27,554 nucleotides of DNA from Thermoproteota archaeon (GTDB taxonomy: Archaea; Asgardarchaeota; Jordiarchaeia; Jordiarchaeales; Freyrarchaeaceae). The stretch's first letter is position 1; the number at the start of each line of letters is the position of its first letter. Below, piece after piece: positions 1-7,667 of the stretch. The translations under genes and the position numbers were made by a program. Below the pieces are notes generated by a model. That model worked only from the letters and a program-made list of their open reading frames with translations. It was not told the origin of the DNA and made no database searches. The DNA lies in NCBI GenBank assembly GCA_029258835.1, contig JAPDJY010000065.1:1-27554 (forward strand). Reading direction: 5' to 3'.

Positions 1-2
1 CA

Positions 3-602
3 GAAACAGTCATTGGTGTGGATTTGGGAGAGTGGAATGTTGCTACTGCTATAGCTATTTCAAGGCAAAATCCAAAGCCTACGAGAGGCAGATTCTGGAG
101 CGGTGCAAAGATAAGAGAAATCAGAGGGAAATATACTCATATCAGAAGGAACTTGCAGAGGAAGAAGAGGATAGACTTGGTTAGAAGAATTGGAAGCAAA
201 GAAAGACGAATAGTTAATCAGATATTACACAAAATTGCAAAAGAGGTTGTAGAATATGCTAAACAGTTCGAAAAGCCAGTAATAGTGATGGAACAACTTA
301 ACGGAATAAGAGAAAACATGAACGGCTCTGCTAAGCTAAACAGAAGACTACATGCTTGGGGTTTCAGAAAACTTCAAAAATATATTGAATACAAGGCAAA
401 CTTAGAGGGAATCTCCATAGTGTATGTTAATCCGAAAAATACTTCGAAAAGATGTCATAGATGTGGGCATGTTACCCAAGTAGATAGTAGGGAATTTAGA
501 TGTCCAAAATGTGGTTTGGTCTATAATCGGGATTTAAACTCTGCAATAAACATAGCCCATGTCTTAATAAAGGCATGGAATGGGGCTGTGAGTAAGTTTT
601 AA
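3..602 (+). CDS. tnpB: TnpB RNA-guided endonuclease (5'-truncated by window edge; C-terminus altered by insert)
   Basis: Frame is open from position 3 (ETVIGVDLG): RuvC-I GVDLG, RuvC-II VIVME, Zn finger CHRC..CPKC, RuvC-III NRDLNSAINI, and the TSKRC motif. Confidence 0.95.
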   Translation, partial: ETVIGVDLGEWNVATAIAISRQNPKPTRGRFWSGAKIREIRGKYTHIRRNLQRKKRIDLVRRIGSKERRIVNQILHKIAKEVVEYAKQFEKPVIVMEQLNGIRENMNGSAKLNRRLHAWGFRKLQKYIEYKANLEGISIVYVNPKNTSKRCHRCGHVTQVDSREFRCPKCGLVYNRDLNSAINIAHVLIKAWNGAVSKF

Positions 603-1106
603 ATACTACAAAGTTTTAGTAATATATATGCACCCCGAACTATGTTACTTAGCGGGTTTGTTTGAGGGAAAAGGGACTATCAGTATTGACGTTATCCAAG
701 AGCCAAAGGGGCGTTATGGTATAAGGCTCAAACCATTAGTGGAATTTACGATTTCAATTGATGATTCCATCATAATAGAGGATTTCAAAAAACATATTCC
801 TGTAAATTGGTTAACGGTTGTAAGAAAGAAAGATAACGCTATTAAAATTAGATTAAGAGACCAAGAAAGCATTAAGCGGTTCATAGAACGTCTTTTTCCG
901 TATTTTAAATTACCAACAACACGGAAAAAGGCAGAACTCATGCTAAAAATACTCTCGAAAGTGGGTAAACATAAGAGGGGTGGATTTTCGAAGGATGAAT
1001 TTATAGAACTACTTAATTTAACTAGGGAACTAAAGTTGCTTCAAAAGAAAGCGAGAAATAGAGCAAAGACAAATATAGACAACCTAATTTCAAAAATAAG
1101 TTGTGA
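592..1106 (+). mobile_element. 515-bp LAGLIDADG-encoding insert (putative archaeal-type intron or homing element) inside tnpB 3' end/omegaRNA
   Basis: TGTGA direct repeat at 587-591 and 1102-1106. Removing the insert restores GGGGC-TGTGAA-CCCC and a TnpB tail GAVNPPRTPR*. Confidence 0.7.
597..604 (+). promoter_or_regulatory. Putative TATA box for leaderless LAGLIDADG transcript
   Basis: TTTTAAAT lies 24-31 nt upstream of ATG 628, with no SD motif. The region is AT-rich, so this could be chance. Confidence 0.4.
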
Positions 1107-1137
1107 ACCCCCCCCGAACTCCCAGATGAAGTCCTGA
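628..1137 (+). CDS. Single-motif LAGLIDADG homing endonuclease family protein
   Basis: N-terminal YLAGLFEGKGTISI, beta-sheet region, FIERLFPYF..KKAELM, and helical tail FSKDEFIELLNL typical of LAGLIDADG proteins. Confidence 0.88.
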   Translation: MHPELCYLAGLFEGKGTISIDVIQEPKGRYGIRLKPLVEFTISIDDSIIIEDFKKHIPVNWLTVVRKKDNAIKIRLRDQESIKRFIERLFPYFKLPTTRKKAELMLKILSKVGKHKRGGFSKDEFIELLNLTRELKLLQKKARNRAKTNIDNLISKISCEPPPNSQMKS

Positions 1138-1192
1138 CGAAAAGTCAGGATGGAACGGGAGGAGCCCCGTCCGTAAGGGCGGGGTAGTTCAC
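1102..1192 (+). ncRNA. TnpB omegaRNA (reRNA) scaffold, 3' portion; 5' stem arm at 582-586; guide expected from 1193
   Basis: GTGAAC (1103-1108) is complementary to terminal GTTCAC (1187-1192), the pseudoknot. Also CTCCC/GGGAG (1119-1123/1157-1161), TCCTGAC-GAAAA-GTCAGGA (1132-1150) and a GNRA-capped hairpin at 1164-1185. Confidence 0.8.
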
Positions 1193-1293
1193 TTGGTCTG
1201 CCATCAAAGTCAAAAACCTTTAGAGGTCTGTCTTATCCCGTTGTTTACGCCGGCTTTTCCGCTTAAATGCTGTTTCTTTCAGAGCACTCTTTC

Positions 1294-2094
1294 TCAGTCT
1301 TCTTTCGGTGTTACGCCGAGAAACCTTCCGGGGGTTATCCTCTCCTTTTCGAGGAATTTCACACTTCGCTCCTTAAACTCCTCTGTTGACCAGACCAGCG
1401 CAGTTAAGTCTCTTGCCAGCTGCCAGTTGAGCATTGCAAGGTTCGTCCAAAACTTTGAGCATGATTTCATCACACGGAATGCTTGAGGACTCGACCTTTC
1501 TATTATTTCCATAGCTAAAGACTCGGCTTCCTTTTCAACGTCACCGTCGTCTACGACACGATTCACTAGTCCAAGCTGGTATGCTTCCTCAGCCGTCAGG
1601 AGTCTAGCTGTGAACAGAAGTTCTCTAGCCCTTTTCTCGCCGACTATGAGGGGAAGCAGCTGAACCCCTCCTCCAAGCGCGGTCGAGCCAACGATGATTT
1701 CAGGCTGCCCAAGCTTACTAGATCTTCCAGCAACGACCAGGTCACACATCATTACAAGTTCGTGGCCTGCTGCAACACAGTTGCCCTTCACGGCAGCTAC
1801 AACGAGTTTCCCCGTATCCCTAAGGAGGGTGATCACTCTCATGTATGCTTCCTGCCATAGTATTCCTGCTTCGAAGTCGTTCTCCATGAGCTCCTTTAGA
1901 TTTGCACCAGCGCAGAAGTCGTCTCCACTACTAGTCAGAATGACGGCTTGTACTTCATCGTCCCTGTCGGCTTTTGCAAGCGCCTCATACAGGCTCTTCA
2001 GGAGGGTCGTGTCCAAGAGGCACACTTTCCCCTGATAGACTAGCTTCACCCATGCTATCTTATTAGAAGACTTCTCTAATAAAACATGATTCAT
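1294..2094 (-). CDS. Enoyl-CoA hydratase/isomerase (crotonase) family protein
   Basis: FCAGANL, AAVKGNCVAAGHELVMMCDL, GQPEIIVG, AEEAYQLGLVN motifs. Confidence 0.92.
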   Translation of the reverse strand: MNHVLLEKSSNKIAWVKLVYQGKVCLLDTTLLKSLYEALAKADRDDEVQAVILTSSGDDFCAGANLKELMENDFEAGILWQEAYMRVITLLRDTGKLVVAAVKGNCVAAGHELVMMCDLVVAGRSSKLGQPEIIVGSTALGGGVQLLPLIVGEKRARELLFTARLLTAEEAYQLGLVNRVVDDGDVEKEAESLAMEIIERSSPQAFRVMKSCSKFWTNLAMLNWQLARDLTALVWSTEEFKERSVKFLEKERITPGRFLGVTPKED

Positions 2095-2105
2095 TGCTCT
2101 CGCCT

Positions 2106-3023
2106 TCAGCTACTTTTTTCAACTTTAAAGTAGTCGTACCATCCTCCTCTACTATCAGGGATAAACCTTTTATCGCCCTTGTACCCTGACAGGACCAGCT
2201 TCTTTAGCGTGACCGGGGGTGCGTAGCGCTTCTCACCGGTTTCCCTGTAAACGTACTCTCCAACTCGGAAAGCTGTGTCCAAACCCGTGAAGTCCATTAG
2301 TTCAAACGGACCCATAGGAAAGCGGAACGCAAGTTTGCACATGGTGTCTATCTCCTTTATTCCCGCAATGCCCTCCTCAAACATTCTAATAGCCTCCATG
2401 AACCAGCACATCATGAAGCGAGTCGTGAAAAAACCAGGGGAATCCTTCGCCTCCACAGGTACCTTGCCAAGTCTCTTGGAGAGTTCAACCGTTAGTTGAA
2501 AGGTTTCATCCGATGTCAACGCTCCTCTAACAACTTCTATAAGCTTTATCACGGGGGCAGGGTTAAACCAGTGCATCCCTATGAACCTATCCTTCCTCTC
2601 GACGGAGGAAGCCAGGTCGCTTATGAGTATGGCTGAAGTGTTCGAGGCGAAGACGGTCTCCTCCTTGCATATCTTATCAAGGTAGGAGAAAGCTTCCTTC
2701 TTAATTGCAGCGTCCTCTGGTATAGCTTCAATAAGGAAGTCGACGTCTTTAAGGTCGCTGCGAGACGTAGTCGTCTTGATCCGCCCTATGATCTCCTCGA
2801 CGTCGTCGTCTCTGAGGCGGCCTTTCTCGACAAGCCTCATTAGCCCAAATGGACCATCCCTTATCATAGCTAGAGCCTTACTTAGAGTCTTCTCACTTCT
2901 ACTAAACAGAACGACCTCGTAGCCGCTTCTAGCGCAAACCTGGGCGATGTCACGTCCTATCGTCCCAGCACCAAAAACCCCTATCACCTTCACATCATCA
3001 ACCCTCATCGACACCACCATCAA
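2106..3023 (-). CDS. 3-hydroxyacyl-CoA dehydrogenase
   Basis: GAGTIG Rossmann motif, EAIPE, FASNTS, GMHWFNP, PMGPFELMDFTGLD. Confidence 0.95.
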   Translation of the reverse strand: MMVVSMRVDDVKVIGVFGAGTIGRDIAQVCARSGYEVVLFSRSEKTLSKALAMIRDGPFGLMRLVEKGRLRDDDVEEIIGRIKTTTSRSDLKDVDFLIEAIPEDAAIKKEAFSYLDKICKEETVFASNTSAILISDLASSVERKDRFIGMHWFNPAPVIKLIEVVRGALTSDETFQLTVELSKRLGKVPVEAKDSPGFFTTRFMMCWFMEAIRMFEEGIAGIKEIDTMCKLAFRFPMGPFELMDFTGLDTAFRVGEYVYRETGEKRYAPPVTLKKLVLSGYKGDKRFIPDSRGGWYDYFKVEKSS

Positions 3024-3197
3024 ACACTAAAAGCCGCACCACGCTCTTAATAACAACTCTTATATTAAGTTGCTGAATAAACGCAAAACTCTATTAACTC
3101 TCTTCCGGTTGATTGCCGTCACATGAAAAACCATTAAAGACGATTTCATTCGAAAAAGAATGGAAGATGGGAGAAAAACTAGGAAGACGCCACGGTT

Positions 3198-4541
3198 TTA
3201 CACGATTTTCGTTGATTCCCATACGCCTATCGCGATCCCGAGCTCCTTATGTTCTTTTCCTGCCTCTTCAAGCGGTATTCCCTTAAGGGCTGCGTCTATG
3301 GCCTGCCTGAAAGCCATTGCTCCTGCTCTAGGTCCTTCGGGGTGTGCGTGTATTCCTCCCCCAACACCTATTACGATGTCTACCCCTAGGTCGAGCATTA
3401 ACTGGGGTACATGCCTGGGGATTATTCCTCCTGAGGGCATCGGGAAAACCTTTTTAATGTGGTAAAGCGGGTACCTGAGCTCCCTAGCTATTCTAATGTA
3501 GGATTCACGTAGGAATGGCGCCTTTCCGTAGGGTGCAGGGTACACCACTATGTCTGCCCCAGCTATTCTTGGAAGCTTACCCATAATCAAGTGGGAACTT
3601 AACCCATATTCTGGAGCCATGTAAATGGCTCCGGTGAAGTCCGGCAGGTGTGCTAGGATCGGTACGTTTATGCTTGGATCTTCAGCTAGGTCCCTCAGCG
3701 TCTCAAGGCCGATGGGGAGAGCATCCACCATTAAAGCGTTGCCTCCGAGCTCTATAACCTTCTCAGCTAGCTCTATGACGCGTGAAGGCCTATCAGTTAT
3801 GTTTATTGTGTATAGGGTTTTCTCGCCTTTCTCCTCGTCGGCTTTATCTATTGCCTCCATGAACTTTACAACTCTGTCCTCTACTTTGTTAAGCTCCATG
3901 TCAGCCAGCAACTCATCGTCTTTTATTATGTCCACGCCCCCAGCGGCAACCTCGTACGCGAGCTCGGCTCCTATCTCTGGAGGAGAGTAAACACAGGGCT
4001 TAATCATGTTGTTAACGAGTGGTCTGTCCTTGACTCCCAAGATCTTTCTAACCCCTTCGATGCCGAACTTCGCACCCTTAAAGCCTTCAAGATACTTCTT
4101 GGGGAAGGCTAAGTCTAGAAGCTTAATTTTTCCTCCAGCCATAAGGTTTCCCGCCACGGTCGCGAAGAGCATGGGGAACTGGGAGCCGCAAAGGTTCACT
4201 ATGGGGAAGGCGATCTGAACTATGTACTGGCGTTCCTCAACGTCCTTAGGCACCGACCATTGGTATGATGGAGCCTCATACACCCCTATAACCCTTGCAA
4301 CATGCTTCTTTCTGACCTCGGGAGTTTCCTTTGGAACCGGAGTCCAGGTTCCAGTACTCTGCTCGACGGCAGCCATCTGGGATAAGCCGTAAGCATCAAG
4401 CCCTGCAGGTAGACACATGTAATATGTGGCAACTATGTATTCTTCTGGGTCAAACCCTTCAGGTAAGGCTTCAGGCACGTCTAAGTACTCGTATTCATAC
4501 CCTGACAAATCTACCAGCCTCCAAAGGGAACGGTAATACAC
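3198..4541 (-). CDS. RuBisCO-like protein (form IV RLP); probable start TTG at 4508
   Basis: EQSTGTW, IKP, GVDIIKDDE, PMPSGG, GGGIHAHP. K177, R295 and H327 equivalents are substituted (IKPCV, AHLP, DIVVY), so it is not a bona fide RuBisCO. GGAGG precedes 4508. Confidence 0.92.
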   Translation of the reverse strand: MYYRSLWRLVDLSGYEYEYLDVPEALPEGFDPEEYIVATYYMCLPAGLDAYGLSQMAAVEQSTGTWTPVPKETPEVRKKHVARVIGVYEAPSYQWSVPKDVEERQYIVQIAFPIVNLCGSQFPMLFATVAGNLMAGGKIKLLDLAFPKKYLEGFKGAKFGIEGVRKILGVKDRPLVNNMIKPCVYSPPEIGAELAYEVAAGGVDIIKDDELLADMELNKVEDRVVKFMEAIDKADEEKGEKTLYTINITDRPSRVIELAEKVIELGGNALMVDALPIGLETLRDLAEDPSINVPILAHLPDFTGAIYMAPEYGLSSHLIMGKLPRIAGADIVVYPAPYGKAPFLRESYIRIARELRYPLYHIKKVFPMPSGGIIPRHVPQLMLDLGVDIVIGVGGGIHAHPEGPRAGAMAFRQAIDAALKGIPLEEAGKEHKELGIAIGVWESTKIV

Positions 4542-4805
4542 GAGGTTTTAAACTTTATGTTCAAAAATTCTATTGGAGAAAGAGGAAAAACACTTTTTTC
4601 TTAAAAACAAGTAACTATGAATGTTTTATTTTCGCAAAAGCATCCAAAACAGAAAAATAAATGGAGAAAATTTTCCTCCTCTTAGAGGAGGAGAGATGTT
4701 CTTTCTTTCGAAACAATAAAGGAGGATGAGAGCGATGGAGTACATAGGTATGCAGTCATTAACGGTGTTCTACATGGTTGAGGTAGCTGGAAGGGTGGAA
4801 GAGAG

Positions 4806-5804
4806 TTATAGATTAAACGTTGTTCCCACAGCGGACACTACCGTTTTTTCGGGGAGCTTGTTTAAAAGGCTGGCAACGAACTTAACTCCACTACAATGAA
4901 GGGGGGAGAGTATTTCAGGGTTTACTTCCTTCAGTTTTTCTATGGTTTCGCTTACACGCTGCTGAGAAGCCCAGTTCATGTGTAATCCACCTATGAGCGC
5001 GTATACTTCACGTACCCCCGAGAGACTTTGAGCGTTTTCCAGTGTGTTCATTACTCCTGTATGACCGCATCCTGTAAGAACAACTAGCCCTTTATCCTTA
5101 ACCTTTATGTAAATGGATTTTTCATCTCTGAAGTCGTCAAAGACGATTTCATCGCCCCTCTCGGTGTACAACCCCCTTGACACTTCCTCAGGGTGATGTA
5201 TGGGTATTTCGCCGCTCGTCCAAACCCCTGGTGCAAGCTCAACGGGGTTAGGATCCTCGATGACTTTTACTCCTTTCGCTTTGGCGGTGTTTTCAACTAG
5301 CTCCTTGTTTAAGGGTGGAAGCCTCACGGCTTTCCCCTCCTTCATCAGCCTCTCCATTTCTTCCTTACTTAGCTCGATGGATTTTCCTGTCAGCTCCCCT
5401 CGAAGAGCATATTTCACGCCGAACACTCCCGGGTGAAGGATCACCTCAGTCCCTGGGGAGAGTTCATTCATCACTTGAATAAGTGAGCCGAAGTGGTCAT
5501 AGTGTCCGTGGGATATGACTACTTTCTCGATGGACTTTGGGTCGACGTTAAGTTGCTTCATGTTGTTTAATACCGTCCCCTTAATCCCACACGTGTCCAG
5601 CAGAATGGTGTGCCAACCGTCTTCTGACTTAACCTGTAGCAGCAAGGATAAGCCGTGCTCGCCTAGACATCCTATAGTCATAGCGCCAGCATGAGACACT
5701 TTACCCTTAAACCTCTCGTCTATGATCAGAGTTACATCTACGGTGTTCTCTGCCAAAACCAGTATTCTAGCCTTCTCCACTCCTACTCCAAAGTTGACGC
5801 TCAT
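4806..5804 (-). CDS. MBL-fold metallo-hydrolase (COG1237-like)
   Basis: GEHGLS, SHGHYDH, TGCGH, IGGLH, PLHCSG motifs. Confidence 0.9.
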   Translation of the reverse strand: MSVNFGVGVEKARILVLAENTVDVTLIIDERFKGKVSHAGAMTIGCLGEHGLSLLLQVKSEDGWHTILLDTCGIKGTVLNNMKQLNVDPKSIEKVVISHGHYDHFGSLIQVMNELSPGTEVILHPGVFGVKYALRGELTGKSIELSKEEMERLMKEGKAVRLPPLNKELVENTAKAKGVKVIEDPNPVELAPGVWTSGEIPIHHPEEVSRGLYTERGDEIVFDDFRDEKSIYIKVKDKGLVVLTGCGHTGVMNTLENAQSLSGVREVYALIGGLHMNWASQQRVSETIEKLKEVNPEILSPLHCSGVKFVASLLNKLPEKTVVSAVGTTFNL

Positions 5805-6052
5805 CTTTTCCCTCCAATAAATTCACATTGTTAAGTAGGGGGAGTTTGACTATTAAAAATTCCTATTAATGGGAATTTTTATGTTTAGGTGATCTTATGC
5901 TATCAACCACCTTCACGTTAAGCCGCCTTTAAACATCGGCGCTTAGTGCTGCGTCATAAAGGACCGGAGAGAATAGAGGTAAATGGTGTGAGGCCAGTAA
6001 GGGAATTGCTTTTATTAAGTGTCTTTTTTATTTAATCGTTAATGGAGGGGAA

Positions 6053-7648
6053 ATGTTGGAAATTCTCATTAAGAATGGGAGGATTGTGGATGGAAGCGGT
6101 AATCCATGGTTTAAAGGAGACGTCCTTGTTAAAGGAGAAAAAATAGCTAAAGTTGGAGGTAATATTGCCGCTGACGCTGAACTCGTCATTGATGCTCAAG
6201 GGTTAATCGTATCACCAGGGTTCATCGACGTTCACACACTCTGACATCGGATTACTAGCGGATAAGAGCGCGTTAAACTACGTCAGCCAAGGTGTGACGA
6301 CGAACGTGATAGGTAACTGCGGCCTTTTGGCTGCACCCCTAAACAGGGACACGGTTCATGAGCTTCTTGCCATAGCTGCACCCGACTTTGAAGGAGATCC
6401 AACGCAGCTATGGACTACCATGGACGAGTATTTAAGACTTATAGAGAGCGGGGACAGCTATCAACGTTGTGCCATTGGTTGGGCATACGACGACACGGAT
6501 CGCGGTGATGGGAGCCGAGGAAAGAGATCCAACCAAGGAAGAGTTAGAGGAAATGAAGAGGCTGACCGAGCGGAGCATGGAGGAGGGAGCCTTCGGGCTT
6601 TCAGCCGGCTTAATATACGTGCCAGCCATCTTCGCTAAGACCGAGGAGCTTGTAGAGCTATGCAGAGTTGTTTCAAGGTTTAACGGCGTGTTTAGCATTC
6701 ACGTCAGAGGAGAGGGTAAAAACGGCTTGGAGGCGATAAAGGAGGCTATTAGGATTGCTAAGGAGGCGGACGTTCCCTTAGAGATATCCCATCTTAAAGC
6801 GTTTGGTAGAGGTAGCTGGGGGGAGAGCGTTAAAAGGTTAAGGGTCATTGAGGAGGCGAGAGAAGAGGGGGTTGACGTCACAGCGGACTACTTACCCTTA
6901 TACTTTCGCCATGACTTTCATTCACGCCCTATTTCCGCCTTGGCTTCTCAAAGAGGGCGTTAAAAAGATGCCTGAGATGGTGAAGAACCCGGAGGTGAGG
7001 AGGAAATTAAAGGAGTATTATAAGGGGGAGTTCTTCGAGGGGCTCTCCGGTAAGGAGGACTGGACGCTAGTTATCCTGTCAAACCCTAAAAACCCGGAGT
7101 ATAGAGGGAAATCTATACTAGAAATAGCGGAGAAAGAAGGCAAGGACGTTGTAGATGCACTCTGCGACGTAGTCGAAGCGGAGGGAGCCTCCATTGGGAT
7201 CATAGTACATGAAATAAGCGAGGAGGATGTGGACAACATAGCTAGGCACCGTTTAACGATGGTTGGATCAGACGGGGGCATTCCAGCGTCGCCAAGAGAC
7301 ATGGTGCACCCCCGATACTATGGAACATTCACCAGGGTTTTAGGGTACCAAGTGCGGGAGAGGAAATTGTTTAGCCTCGAGGAAGCCGTCGGGAAGATGA
7401 CGTCGCTCCCAGCGCAAAAGTTTAAACTGCTTAGCAGGGGGCTCATCAGGGAGGGGATGTACGCTGACCTAGTGGTTTTCAACCCGAAAACGATAAGGGA
7501 TGAAGCTACATTAGAGGAGCCAGTTAAGCTTTCAGAAGGAGTAGAGTACGTCATCGTAAATGTAAGAGTGGTTTTCGAACATGGCGAGTTGACCGGGGAG
7601 TACCCGGGAAAGGTGTTGCGCTACAAACCCCAAGAAACTTTAAAATAA
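6053..7648 (+). pseudogene. N-acyl-D-amino-acid deacylase (amidohydrolase), three frameshifts
   Basis: Continuous homology across four ORF pieces: PGFIDVHT/SD, QGVTTNVIGNCG, GAFGLSAGLIY, HVRGE, SHLK, GSDG, HPRYYGTF, GMYADLVVF. Frameshifts near 6239, 6451 and 6888. Confidence 0.88.
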
Positions 7649-7667
7649 ACGGGGGAAGAAGGGGTTT

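Larger units (their letters stand above)
1..1192 (+). mobile_element. IS200/IS605-family (tnpB-bearing) insertion sequence, 3' part, left end outside window
   Basis: tnpB ORF followed by subterminal hairpin GCCCCGTCC-GTAA-GGGCGGGGT (1164-1185) and terminal TTCAC (1188-1192), typical of IS200/IS605 right ends; the coding part is visibly AT-richer than host genes. Confidence 0.9.

Noticed and set aside
592-1106. Group I intron (IStron) or intein explanation for the insert
   Set aside because: The ORF fills all but 36 nt of the insert, leaving no room for a ribozyme core. It is a separate ORF after the tnpB stop and has no intein splice motifs.
581-1110. Canonical bulge-helix-bulge at the insert junctions
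   Set aside because: Of six possible registers, only one gives a 4-bp central helix (two G-U pairs), and its flanking pairs mismatch. It is not claimed as a canonical BHB.
1123-1156. Hammerhead-like CAGAUGA-stem-GGAAC
   Set aside because: The core deviates from CUGAUGA and GAAA, no stem I/III with a cleavage triplet was found, and the region is explained by the omegaRNA.
3-1300. Cas12f/CRISPR system
   Set aside because: No repeat-spacer array is visible anywhere in the window; an IS right end follows instead.
3198-4541. CO2-fixing form III RuBisCO
   Set aside because: Several substrate-binding residues (K177, R295, H327 equivalents) are substituted.
4674-4692. Hairpin TCCTCCTC-TTA-GAGGAGGA
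   Set aside because: Short and low-complexity; it cannot be assigned as a terminator or IS end.
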